64,000 bases of DNA from Reyranellaceae bacterium (GTDB taxonomy: Bacteria; Pseudomonadota; Alphaproteobacteria; Reyranellales; JAQSWP01): contig JBFXDA010000014.1 in assembly GCA_050181585.1 (NCBI GenBank), positions 42,714 through 106,713 on the forward strand, in the 5' to 3' direction. Each line of letters opens with the position of its first letter. Positions within the stretch are counted from its first letter, which is position 1. Made by a program: the position numbers and the translations under genes. The notes beneath the pieces were generated by a model. That model had not been told where the DNA came from. It made no database searches and saw only the letters and a program-made list of their open reading frames with translations. Positions 1 to 9,053 of this stretch are shown in pieces.

Positions 1-280
1 TGCGCTGTCGCATGGGCCTGATGGCGAAACGCTCGATCAGCACGCCGACCACGGCGACGGCGATCGGCACCACCACCAAAGCCAGCCAGAAATGCTGCGT
101 CGTCGCCGTGATGGTCGCAGCCATATAGGCGCCCAGCGCATAGAGGCTGCCATGCGCGAAGTTCACCACCAGCAGGATGCCGAAGATGATCGTCAGCCCG
201 AAGGTGATAAGCATGAGCAAGGTGCCGGTCACCAGACCGTTCAGCACCTGACTGACCCAAAACGCAACATCGCCGTGCAT
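1..280 (-). CDS. Branched-chain amino acid ABC transporter permease (LivH-like), N-terminal part; runs off window edge
   Basis: Not in ORF track; manual translation from ATG at 280: MHGDVAFWVSQVLNGLVTGTLLMLITFGLTIIFGILLVVNFAHGSLYALGAYM, with the LivH GL..IFG...VNFAHG motif; follows the SBP gene. Confidence 0.88.
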   Translation of the reverse strand, partial: MHGDVAFWVSQVLNGLVTGTLLMLITFGLTIIFGILLVVNFAHGSLYALGAYMAATITATTQHFWLALVVVPIAVAVVGVLIERFAIRPMRQR

Positions 281-396
281 TACCACCCCCAGAATCGGCC
301 GAGCGCCGTGCGGCGGCTGACCGCAGTCAGCCGCCCGCATTGTCGATCAGTTTTCGAAGATCCGCTCCGGCACGCGCGCGCCGACCTCCGACGCCA

Positions 397-1638
397 CTAC
401 AGTCCCTTACAGCCGGTCTCGGCGATCGGCACCATGGTATCCTGCGGCGTCGCCGCGTGGATCGGATACACCGCCCATTTCGCGCCATAGCCATTGGCCG
501 CCGCCGGACGCACTTCGCCGATGAACGCCGGCAACGTCGCCTGATGGTCTTCCTTGCGCATCGTCAGCTTGCCATAGGGTCCGTCGTAGGACGCCTGCTC
601 CAGCCCGGCCACGATATCGGCCGGTGAAGTGCTCTTGGCCTTGGCCAGGCCGTCGAACACCAGCCCGGTGCCGGCATAGGTGATGATGGACTGGAAGCCC
701 GGCACGACACGGAATTCGTTCCAGAAAACGTCGTTGAACTTCTTCATTTGCGGCGTATCGACCGTCCAGGTCGCCCACGACGCCGTGTAGACGCCCTTGG
801 CGGCTTCGCCCACCGCGGCCAGTTGCGAATCGGTGATGCCCGACACCGCCACCATCTTGGCCTGATCGAGCAGGCCGAACGAGCGCGCCTGGGTGATGAA
901 GTCGGTCACCACCGAAACGATGATCGGCGCCCAGATATAGTCGGCCTTGGAGGCCTTGATCCTGTCGATATAGGTCGACCAGTCCCGCGTATCGAGCGGC
1001 GCGTAGTTCTCGCCCACGATCTTGACGCCCATCTGGTCGCCGGCGAATTTCTTGAACGCCGCGCAGGCGCCACGGCCCCATTCGTAGTCGTGGCCGATCA
1101 TGTACCAGTTGCCCTTGCGCGCCTTTTCGTCCTTCTTGAGCCAGGCGGTGGTGGCGCGCAGCATCTGATCGTCGTTGGGGTTGGTGCGGAACAGCAGCTT
1201 GTTGCACAGTTCGCCGGTGGCGCGGCTGGTGGCGGCGTTGGTGGTGATGATCGGCACGCCGATCTTGGTGGCGGCGCCGGCCAGGGCCACGAGTTCGCCG
1301 CTCGAGAACACGCCGAGGATCACATGCGCGCCGTCGTCGACCAGCTTGCTGGCCTTGCGCAGCGCCACCGCCGGCTTGCCTTCGCTGTCTTCGACCATGA
1401 GCTGCACCGGGCGGCCGTTGATGGCGCCGGTTTGCTTGACCAACAACTCCACGCCGCGGCGCATGTCCTCGCCGATCGGCGAGAAGTTGCCGGTCAACAC
1501 GGTGAGCATGCCGATCTTGATCGGGTCGGCGGCTTGGGCGCGAAACAGCGGCGTGGCGCCGAAGCCGGCGGCGACGCCGAGCGCGACGCCCCCGGTGAGA
1601 AATTGGCGACGGCCGGTAACGATAGTGCGGTTCTTCAT
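397..1638 (-). CDS. ABC transporter substrate-binding protein, LivJ/LivK family, Tat signal
   Basis: GRRQFL twin-arginine signal; PIKIGML..LTG, G.INGRPVQL.VEDS, FRT.P.D motifs. Confidence 0.9.
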   Translation of the reverse strand: MKNRTIVTGRRQFLTGGVALGVAAGFGATPLFRAQAADPIKIGMLTVLTGNFSPIGEDMRRGVELLVKQTGAINGRPVQLMVEDSEGKPAVALRKASKLVDDGAHVILGVFSSGELVALAGAATKIGVPIITTNAATSRATGELCNKLLFRTNPNDDQMLRATTAWLKKDEKARKGNWYMIGHDYEWGRGACAAFKKFAGDQMGVKIVGENYAPLDTRDWSTYIDRIKASKADYIWAPIIVSVVTDFITQARSFGLLDQAKMVAVSGITDSQLAAVGEAAKGVYTASWATWTVDTPQMKKFNDVFWNEFRVVPGFQSIITYAGTGLVFDGLAKAKSTSPADIVAGLEQASYDGPYGKLTMRKEDHQATLPAFIGEVRPAAANGYGAKWAVYPIHAATPQDTMVPIAETGCKGL

Positions 1639-1742
1639 GGTTTCCTCCGAGCTTGGCGCTGCTTGATTGCAGCTTGGCTTGTCAGATTTCGCGGTTGAAT
1701 CTTTCGACAGTTTTGGACCGACTGGAATTGCTCATGGCGTAC

Positions 1743-3305
1743 TCAAGGAAAGAGCTGCGGTTTGGGTTGCGGCGCGCGCGCCAGCTTCTGGCAGGCTAGT
1801 TCCAGGACCGCGGCCAGGAAGCGGCGCGTGTCCTGCGGCTCGATGATCTCGTGCACGCCGAAGGTGGCGGCGCCGCGATAGACCGAACCGGTGGCGCTGT
1901 ATTTGGCTTCCAGCTCCTGGCGCAGTTTTTCCGGATCGGCCGCGCGCTCCAGTTCCTTGGCGTGGACGGTGAACACCGCCGACGAGGGGCCGGTTCCGGT
2001 CATGATGACGCTGGGCCAGGCGGCGACGATGTCGGCGCCGCCTTGATATTCGCCGTCGCTGCCCATCGCCCACATCGCAGCGCCATGCGCCTTGCGCAGC
2101 ACGATGGCGATCTTGGGCACGGTGGCTTTCTGCACCGCCACGACGAAGGTTGCCGCCCAATAGAGAATACTGGCCGCTTCCGATTCGGTACCCGGCAGGA
2201 AGCCCGGCTGGTCCTGCAGGAACACCAGCGGAATGTGGAAGTTGTTGCACAGGCTGACGAAGCGGCGGCCCTTGAGGCTGGCGGCCCAGTCGAGCACGCC
2301 GCCGCGCTGCTTGGGCTGGCTGGAGATCAGCCCGACGCTGCGCCCGCCGATACGCGCCAGGCAGGTGACCAGGCTTTTGCCGAAGCTCGATTTGTATTCG
2401 AACGTCTTGCCGTCATCGACGATGCTGGCGATCACGCGATGCGCGTCGTAAGGCTTGCGCAAATTGGTCGGCACCAGATCCATCAACTCCGGGCACAGCC
2501 GATCGGTGCCGTCCTGCGACGGCCGCACCGGCGGCACCTGCCAGGCGCTGGACGGCATGTAGCTGAGGAACTCGCGGATCGTCGCCAGGCAGGCGGCCTC
2601 GTCGTCCACCACCACATCGATCAGCCCGGTGGTGTCGGCGTGCATCTTGGGGCCGGCCAGGGCCTCGATATCGGCCGCCTCGCCGGTACCGCCGCGCACC
2701 AGAGTGGGGCCGGACAGGCCAATGAAGCCGGTCTTGCGCACAATGATCGCCAGATCGGAATACAGCACGTCGAATGGCGGCCGGCCGAAACACGGGCCCA
2801 GCACCGCGGCGACTTGCGGCACCACGCCGGCGCACGCACCGATCGGCTCGAAGGCCGGGATGCGGGCCATGATGGCGGCATCCATCGAATCCTGGAAGCG
2901 GATCGCGGAGCCTTCGTACAGCCCGATATAGGGATTGGCCTGCTCCACCGCGATGCGGCGCATGCGAAAGCGCTTTTCCACGTTCAGGATGCTGGCGGCG
3001 CCGCCCATGATGCTGCCGTCGTCGGACGAAATCACCACGGGGCGGCCGTCGATCTTGCCCCAGCCGGTGACCACGGCATCGGCCGGCACCGGCCGCGGCG
3101 CGGCGCCCGGATTGGCGACATAGCCTTCGGCGAACACGCCCAGCTCGTGAAAGCTGTCCTGGTCGACCAGGCCTTCGATACGTTCGCGCGCGGTGAGCTT
3201 GCCGCGCTCATGCAGCCGGGCAACCGCCGCTTCGCCGCCAAGCTCCATGGCCTTGGCGCGACGGCGGCGCAATTCGTCGATCAATTCATCCCAATCCGAC
3301 GCCAT
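1743..3305 (-). CDS. Acyl-CoA carboxyltransferase (beta subunit)-like protein, divergent
   Basis: RGKLTARERI..LVD..SF.E, DAVVTGWGKIDGRPV, PLVFLQDQPGFLPG, IIEP.DTR motifs; glycine motifs atypical. Confidence 0.88.
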   Translation of the reverse strand: MASDWDELIDELRRRRAKAMELGGEAAVARLHERGKLTARERIEGLVDQDSFHELGVFAEGYVANPGAAPRPVPADAVVTGWGKIDGRPVVISSDDGSIMGGAASILNVEKRFRMRRIAVEQANPYIGLYEGSAIRFQDSMDAAIMARIPAFEPIGACAGVVPQVAAVLGPCFGRPPFDVLYSDLAIIVRKTGFIGLSGPTLVRGGTGEAADIEALAGPKMHADTTGLIDVVVDDEAACLATIREFLSYMPSSAWQVPPVRPSQDGTDRLCPELMDLVPTNLRKPYDAHRVIASIVDDGKTFEYKSSFGKSLVTCLARIGGRSVGLISSQPKQRGGVLDWAASLKGRRFVSLCNNFHIPLVFLQDQPGFLPGTESEAASILYWAATFVVAVQKATVPKIAIVLRKAHGAAMWAMGSDGEYQGGADIVAAWPSVIMTGTGPSSAVFTVHAKELERAADPEKLRQELEAKYSATGSVYRGAATFGVHEIIEPQDTRRFLAAVLELACQKLARAPQPKPQLFP

Positions 3306-3353
3306 AGACTTTCCAACCCCATGCCGGCCGCATTGTCTGCCGCGGCCTTTGTT

Positions 3354-4361
3354 TCAATGCTGCAAACAGACCTTGCCGAACTGTGCGCCGCCCGCCAGAT
3401 AGGCCAGCGCCGCCGGCAGTTCCTCGAACGGGAACACCTTGTCCACCACCGGGCGCATCTTTTGCGCGGCGATGGCCCGCGCCATCGCTTCGAAGCTCAG
3501 CCGGTTGCCGACCGTGATGCCCTGGAATTTGAGGTGGCGCATGAACATCAGCGGCAGCGACAACTGCGCCACACTGCCCGAGACGTTGCCGATCAGCGCG
3601 ATCTGCCCGCCCAGTCTGGTCGACCTGATCGACTTCTCCAGGGTCAACGCGCCGCCCACTTCCATGACGTGATCGACGCCGCGGCCCTCGGTGATCTTGT
3701 TGACCTGCTTGTCCCAATCGGGCTGGGTGCGGTAGTTGATCAGGAAATCGGCGCCGAGTTTTCGGGCCTTTTCCAGTTTTTCGTCGCTGGACGAGGTGAT
3801 GATGACCTGGGCGCCGGCCATCTTGGCGAACTGCAAGGCGAACAGCGAAACCCCGCCGGTGCCTTGCACCAGCACGAACTCGCCCGGCGCCACCTCGCCA
3901 TCGACGCGCATCGCGTTCCAGGCGGTGACGGCGGCGCATGGCAGGGTGGCGGCCTCCACGTAGTCGAGATGGGCGGGTATCTTGATAACGCCCTCCTCGT
4001 TCAGCACCATCAGGTCCATCATCGCGCCGTCGTTGGGACCGCCCAGCGACGTCGAGCGCACGTCGGCGCGATAGGGACCGGCGATCCAGTTCTGGCGGAA
4101 GATCGGGCACACGCGATCGCCGACCTTGACCCGCGTCACGCCCGGGCCGACCTCGACGATCTCACCGGCGCCGTCGGACACCGGAACCAGCGGCAGCGCC
4201 TGGCGGCGATCGTAGGCGCCGCTGACCATGAGATAGTCGCGATAGTTGAGCGACGCCGCGCGCAGCTTGACCAGCACCTGGTTGGCGCCCGGCTTCGGCT
4301 CGGCGCGGTCGACGATCCGCAACCCATCCAGTCCGAATTTTCCCAACTCGAAAGCACGCAT
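3354..4361 (-). CDS. Medium-chain dehydrogenase/reductase (NAD(P)-dependent alcohol dehydrogenase/quinone reductase-like)
   Basis: AASLNYRD, PVSDGAGE, AATLPCAAVTAWNA, VQGTGGVSLFALQ, QFGKV. Confidence 0.9.
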   Translation of the reverse strand: MRAFELGKFGLDGLRIVDRAEPKPGANQVLVKLRAASLNYRDYLMVSGAYDRRQALPLVPVSDGAGEIVEVGPGVTRVKVGDRVCPIFRQNWIAGPYRADVRSTSLGGPNDGAMMDLMVLNEEGVIKIPAHLDYVEAATLPCAAVTAWNAMRVDGEVAPGEFVLVQGTGGVSLFALQFAKMAGAQVIITSSSDEKLEKARKLGADFLINYRTQPDWDKQVNKITEGRGVDHVMEVGGALTLEKSIRSTRLGGQIALIGNVSGSVAQLSLPLMFMRHLKFQGITVGNRLSFEAMARAIAAQKMRPVVDKVFPFEELPAALAYLAGGAQFGKVCLQH

Positions 4362-4411
4362 TGCCCGCCCCGACTAGCCGACCTTGATGACTGACGATTG
4401 GCGCTCTGCCG

Positions 4412-5635
4412 TCACGCCTGCCTTTTCCTGTTTGCCTCGACGGACGCCGCCGCCTTGGCATAGCCATCGCGGGTCTGCGGCAGGTTCCAGTCCAGCAGCC
4501 GGCCCGCCACCAAAGTGCGAAGCACCTCGGTCGTCCCGCCGCCGATGGTGAACATGCGCGCGTCGCGCGCCATTCGCTCGATCGGCTCGTTGCGGGAATA
4601 TCCCCGCGCTCCGAAAAGCTGCAGCGCGGCGTTGGTCACGCGCATCGCCATCTCGGCCGCGAAAATCTTGGCTTGCGCCGCCAGCAGCGGATCGGGAAAA
4701 GGGGCCGCCGAGGCGGCCGCCTGCTGGATGCACAGCCGCGCGGCATTAACCTGGATCGCCATGTCGGCCAGGATCCATTGCAGCCCCTGAAACTCGCCGA
4801 TCGGCCGGCCGAACTGGTGGCGGCTCTTGACGAATCGCAGCGCTTCGTTGAACGCGCCTTGCGCCAGGCCGAGCGCCACCGATGCCGCGCCGACGCGCTG
4901 GCTGTTATAGGCGTTCATCAGGTCGGCGAAGCCGCGCCGCCAGCCCGAGGGCGTGCGCAACACCATCTCCTCCGGCACTTCGAGATCCTCGAACACCAGT
5001 TCCGCTTCGGGGATGCCGCGCAGGCCCATGGTGGGCTCGCGCCCCTTCACGATCAGGCCCTTGGACTGGCCGCGCACGACGATGAAGCCGCCGATGCCCA
5101 GCTCATGGCCGCGCTCGTCGAACACGCGCGCGAAAATCAAATGCAGCTTGGACACCCCGCCGCCGGTGATCCAATGCTTCTTGCCGTTGAGGACATAGCG
5201 GCTGCCGCGCTTGTCGGCCCGCGTGGTCATCTCGGTCGCCGCCGACCCCGCGTCCGGCTCGGTGATGCAGATCGCAGGCTTGTCGCCGGCCAGCACCAGG
5301 CCCGCGCCCAGCCGCTTCTGCTCCTCGGTGCCATAATGCATGACTGCCGAGATCGCGCCCATATTGGCTTCCACCGCAATGCGCCCGGTGACGCCGCACA
5401 CTTGCGCCATCTCGTCGACGATCATCGCCGCGTCGAGAAAGCTGCCGCCCTGGCCGCCATATTCGCGCGGGATGGTGTAGCCCATGAAACCGGCAGCGCG
5501 CAGCGCCTCGACGTTGTCGAATGGATATTGCTCGGTCGCGTCGACTGCGGCGGCGCGCGGCGCGATCGTGTTGATCGCCAGTTCGCGCGCTCGTTGCTGC
5601 AGTGCGAGTTGCGCCTCGCTCAGGCTGAAATTCAT
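4412..5635 (-). CDS. acdA: 3-sulfinopropanoyl-CoA desulfinase (acyl-CoA dehydrogenase fold)
   Basis: Matches my recollection of Advenella Acd(DPN7): GRI.VE.N.GAI, LAGDKPAICITEP, WITGGGVSKLHLIFARVFD, MG.RGIPE, AYN.QRVGA, C-terminal LPQTRDGY. Confidence 0.85.
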   Translation of the reverse strand: MNFSLSEAQLALQQRARELAINTIAPRAAAVDATEQYPFDNVEALRAAGFMGYTIPREYGGQGGSFLDAAMIVDEMAQVCGVTGRIAVEANMGAISAVMHYGTEEQKRLGAGLVLAGDKPAICITEPDAGSAATEMTTRADKRGSRYVLNGKKHWITGGGVSKLHLIFARVFDERGHELGIGGFIVVRGQSKGLIVKGREPTMGLRGIPEAELVFEDLEVPEEMVLRTPSGWRRGFADLMNAYNSQRVGAASVALGLAQGAFNEALRFVKSRHQFGRPIGEFQGLQWILADMAIQVNAARLCIQQAAASAAPFPDPLLAAQAKIFAAEMAMRVTNAALQLFGARGYSRNEPIERMARDARMFTIGGGTTEVLRTLVAGRLLDWNLPQTRDGYAKAAASVEANRKRQA

Positions 5636-5704
5636 TTATCCTCCCTGCCACTATCCCAATACGCTGGCCTTTGTAAGGCAAGTCAATTAAATTGGCTTAT
5701 ATCA

Positions 5705-5717
5705 TCAGTTTTATTGA
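5705..5717. promoter_or_regulatory. Putative LysR box (T-N11-A; TCA-N7-TGA) in the divergent acdA/lysR promoter
   Basis: TCAGTTTTATTGA in an AT-rich 93-bp gap just upstream of the lysR ATG. Confidence 0.45.
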
Positions 5718-5728
5718 AGAGACACCGG

Positions 5729-6619
5729 ATGGGAATTCGCCAACTTCGCGCGCTGATTGCCATCGCCGACACCGGCAGTTTCCGCCGCGCCGCCGAACGC
5801 CTGTTCATCACGCAATCGGCGATCAGCATGCAAATGACGTCGCTGGAAAAGCAGTGGAGCATCAAGCTGTTCGATCGCAGCAAGCGGCCGCCAACCCTGT
5901 ATCCGCAGGGACTTGCGCTGGCCGCCCGGGCCCGCCGCATCGTCGAGGAGTACGACACCTTGGCGGTGCGCGCCAACAGCCCGGACGACAGCCTGGTGGG
6001 CTCGGTGCGGCTGGGCGTGGTCCCGTCGGTGGCCACGACGGTGCTGCCCAAAGTATTGCTGCGCGCGCGCCAGCTGTATCCGCAGCTGCGCATCCGCGTG
6101 GAAGACGGCCTGTCGCAGGAATTGAGCTTCCGGGTCAACCAGGGGCGCATCGATGCCGCGATCGTCACGGATCCCAATACCGAGGAATCGAATTTGGTGC
6201 GGCGCGTCATCTGGCGCGAGACGTTGAAGCTCATCGTCCATCGCGACCTGAGCCGCAGATCCTTCGACGAACTATTGTCGCAATACCCGTTCATCCGCTT
6301 CAACGCGGCCATGGCGGGCGTCGGCCGGATCATCGACGGCGTGCTGCAGACGCGCCCTTATGTCGTGGACGACGCCATGGCGCTGGGTTCGGCCGAGGCC
6401 ATCTGCCAGATGGTGGCGCTCAACCTGGGCATCTCGATCATCCCCGAGAATCTGGCGCCGCCCAAGCTGCGCTCCAAAATCATTGCCCTGTCCCTGCCGC
6501 CGCCGCGCGTGGCGCGTACGGTCTCCCTGGTGATGCGTCCCGAAAGCAGCGATGCGCCCGCGATCAGCCGGCTGTTTCTGCAGTTCAAGGAATTCGCCCC
6601 CGTACCCACCGGTCGGTGA
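5729..6619 (+). CDS. LysR family transcriptional regulator
   Basis: MGIRQLRALIAIADTGSFRRAAERLFITQSAISMQM HTH; real start is inside track ORF 4673..6619. Confidence 0.93.
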   Translation: MGIRQLRALIAIADTGSFRRAAERLFITQSAISMQMTSLEKQWSIKLFDRSKRPPTLYPQGLALAARARRIVEEYDTLAVRANSPDDSLVGSVRLGVVPSVATTVLPKVLLRARQLYPQLRIRVEDGLSQELSFRVNQGRIDAAIVTDPNTEESNLVRRVIWRETLKLIVHRDLSRRSFDELLSQYPFIRFNAAMAGVGRIIDGVLQTRPYVVDDAMALGSAEAICQMVALNLGISIIPENLAPPKLRSKIIALSLPPPRVARTVSLVMRPESSDAPAISRLFLQFKEFAPVPTGR

Positions 6620-6745
6620 ACGACGATCGAACGGCGCGCATATTTTTTCGCGACGCGCGAATTTTCGGGCTGCAGGTTGACAATCGCGAACGCGGTGCGA
6701 TTAGGTAGCGCGGGCTTCATCGCAACATTCAGCAAGGTGATTGGA

Positions 6746-7894
6746 ATGGGTGCACTCGATGGCGTGACGATTGTCGAGATCGCGGCGATCGGCCCGGTGC
6801 CGTTTTGCGGCATGCTGCTGTCGGATATGGGCGCGACCGTGATCCGCATCGATCGCACGGAATCGTCGGAGCTGGGATTGCAGTTCGAGGAGCGCTTTCA
6901 CATCGCCAACCGCGGCCGCAAATCGATCGCCGTCAATCTCAAGAGCAAGGAAGGCGTGGAAACGGTCCTTGCCCTGCTCGAACGGGCGGACGCGGTGATC
7001 GAAGGGTTTCGGCCGGGCGTGATGGAACGCCTCGGACTGGGCCCCGACATCTGCCTCGACCGCAACAAGAAGCTGGTCTATGGCCGCATGACGGGCTGGG
7101 GCCAGACCGGCCCGCTGGCCAACGTCGCGGGCCACGACATCAACTACATCGCCCTCACCGGCGTGCTGCATTCGGTGGGCGAGCGCGGCCGCGCGCCGGG
7201 TATTCCGCTCAACCTGATCGGCGATTACGGCGGCGGCGCGCTGTATCTGTGCGTCGGCATGCTGGCCGGCCTATTGGAAGCGCGCCGCTCCGGCCAGGGC
7301 CAGGTGGTTGACGCCGCCATGGTCGATGGCTCGACATCGCTCATGACCCTGTTCACCGGCATGATGGGCGCCGGCGTGTGGAACGAGGAACGCGGCACCA
7401 ACACCATCGATTCCGGTTCGCATTTCTACAACGTCTATGAGACGTCCGACGGAGAGTTCGTTTCGATCGGCTGCATCGAGCGGAAGTTCTACCTGCAGTT
7501 TCTCGACCTGATCGGTTTGGCCAACGACCAGGAGCTTGTCTCCCGGCAAATGGACCGGGCGCGCTGGCCGGAGTTCGTCGAACGCATCGCCAAGATCATG
7601 CGCGGCAAGACGCTCGAGCAGTGGTGCGCCATACTGCAGGATACCGACGTATGTTTTGCCCCGGTGCTGCGGCTCTCGCAGGTGCCGAACCATCCGCATG
7701 TGAAGGCCCGCGAAACCCTCGTGAACCATGCCGGCGTGGTGCAGCCGGCGCCGGCGCCGCGCTTCAGCCGTACTGCATCCGCCATCCAGGGGCCGCCGGT
7801 CGACACCGGGCAGCACACCGACGAAATTCTGCGTCATCTGGGCCTGTCCGACGACCGCATCGCCAGTTTGCGCAAGCAAGGTGTCGTGGCATAG
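6746..7894 (+). CDS. CaiB/BaiF family III CoA-transferase / alpha-methylacyl-CoA racemase-like
   Basis: IGPVPF..M.L.DMGA, NRGRKS, EGFRPGVMERLGLG, AGHDINY, DAAMVDG, QPAPAPRFS. Confidence 0.9.
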   Translation: MGALDGVTIVEIAAIGPVPFCGMLLSDMGATVIRIDRTESSELGLQFEERFHIANRGRKSIAVNLKSKEGVETVLALLERADAVIEGFRPGVMERLGLGPDICLDRNKKLVYGRMTGWGQTGPLANVAGHDINYIALTGVLHSVGERGRAPGIPLNLIGDYGGGALYLCVGMLAGLLEARRSGQGQVVDAAMVDGSTSLMTLFTGMMGAGVWNEERGTNTIDSGSHFYNVYETSDGEFVSIGCIERKFYLQFLDLIGLANDQELVSRQMDRARWPEFVERIAKIMRGKTLEQWCAILQDTDVCFAPVLRLSQVPNHPHVKARETLVNHAGVVQPAPAPRFSRTASAIQGPPVDTGQHTDEILRHLGLSDDRIASLRKQGVVA

Positions 7895-8019
7895 GAGGGA
7901 ATGGACGGCGACGCATGAAGCATGCGCCGTCAAACGCGGCCGTTTGCAAAAACGTGAAGAAATTTGCAAACGCGTGGCGGGTTCGCTGCCGTTAATGGAC
8001 TTGCCAAGTGCTGGGGCGA

Positions 8020-8095
8020 TGGTGCCCAGGGCCGGAATCGAACCAGCGACACTGCGATTTTCAGTCGCATGCTCTACCAACTGAGCTACCTGGGC
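8020..8095 (-). tRNA. tRNA-Phe(GAA)
   Basis: Reverse complement GCCCAGGTAGCTCAGTTGGTAGAGCATGCGACTGAAAATCGCAGTGTCGCTGGTTCGATTCCGGCCCTGGGCACCA; 76 nt, anticodon GAA, encoded CCA. Confidence 0.98.
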
Positions 8096-8233
8096 GCACC
8101 GGAAACGAGCCACCTGGATGGCGGCCCGCGCGGTCCCGTTTGGTGGCGGGACGCCCGCTTATAATGGAGATGGTCGGGCCTGTCCAGCCGCCAGAGCGCG
8201 GCGGAAAAGCCTTTGCTTTCCTCGCCTTGCGCC

Positions 8234-8449
8234 CTATTTCGGGCGCGGCGGCGGCTCGCTTTGCGCGCCCGGTTCCGGCTCGTCCGGCGTCTCCTCGGTG
8301 GGGATGGCGTAGCCCTCTTTCAGCCAGCGCCCCATGTCGATGTCGGCGCAGCGGCGCGAGCAGAACGGACGGTACTGCTCCGCGCGCGGCTTGCCGCAGA
8401 TCGGGCACGGGGCCGGCTTGACCAGCCGCAGCTTGGGCGTTTTAGCCAT
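8234..8449 (-). CDS. yacG: DNA gyrase inhibitor YacG
   Basis: CPICGK...YRPFCSRRCADIDMGRWL..GY.IP zinc finger; usual position after rng. Confidence 0.93.
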   Translation of the reverse strand: MAKTPKLRLVKPAPCPICGKPRAEQYRPFCSRRCADIDMGRWLKEGYAIPTEETPDEPEPGAQSEPPPRPK

Positions 8450-9053
8450 CGTTCCTCTGGCGAATCGTCTGCACCGACGTAACCCGCAAGTCGACCAGCC
8501 GCAAGCCCGCGCGCGCCAGGCCGTCGGCGACGCCCGCCGCCACCGTCCGCGCCAGCGCCTGCCGCGTCTCAATGGCGACCGGCGCACCGAGCGGCTGGCC
8601 GGCGACCGCCGAGCGCAGCGCGCGGTCGATCGCCGTTTCGATCAGGCGGCCGGCCAGCGCCGGCTTAGCCGCGACGGCGCGCCAATAGGCGCCGGCATCG
8701 ACCACCTGCCAGCCGGCCTGCAGCTCGACGATGGCGCGCGCGCCGTCGCTGCCGGCCAGCGCCTGGCGCAAGGTCGGCAGCGGCTGCGGCGTCAGGTCGA
8801 CCAGCACGATGCGGTCGAGCACTGGAATGCGATAGACATGGCCGGCATCGCCCGCCACCCGCACCAACTCGCCGCCGCGGATCACCAGGGCGGCGCGGCC
8901 CGGCGCCAGCGCCGTGGTCTCGAAATACAGCAGCCCGGACAGCACCAGCGCGGAAAGGAAGATCGCCAGCAGGCCCAGCCGCGTCGCCAGGCGGTGCCGG
9001 CGGCGCCGACGCAGCGCCTCCTCCGGCCCCAAGGCGCGCTCCGCCAGGCTCAT
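8442..9053 (-). CDS. SPFH/Band-7 (HflC-like) membrane protein, divergent
   Basis: From ATG 9053: one N-terminal TM helix, G..YRIPVLDRIV.VD, W.VVD...YW, LRS.V, GL.LVD.RV; overlaps rng stop and yacG start. Confidence 0.6.
   Translation of the reverse strand: MSLAERALGPEEALRRRRRHRLATRLGLLAIFLSALVLSGLLYFETTALAPGRAALVIRGGELVRVAGDAGHVYRIPVLDRIVLVDLTPQPLPTLRQALAGSDGARAIVELQAGWQVVDAGAYWRAVAAKPALAGRLIETAIDRALRSAVAGQPLGAPVAIETRQALARTVAAGVADGLARAGLRLVDLRVTSVQTIRQRNDG

Noticed and set aside
1851..4394. 847-aa + strand ORF, and similar long ORFs at 13769..16651, 16533..18464, 52087..54087, 54476..56899 and 59088..61916
   Set aside because: Antisense shadows of well-supported genes, expected in high-GC DNA; no motifs
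4673..5728. Long N-terminal extensions or fusions in track ORFs (LysR 648 aa, Ku 578 aa, IF-1 266 aa, ECH 815 aa, AraC 821 aa)
   Set aside because: Extensions overlap other genes and are low-complexity; family-consistent internal starts exist
1..8020. Genomic island integrated at the tRNA-Phe 3' end
   Set aside because: Accessory genes abut the tRNA and look slightly less GC-rich, but no integrase or duplicated tRNA end is visible in the window; unsupported without the left flank
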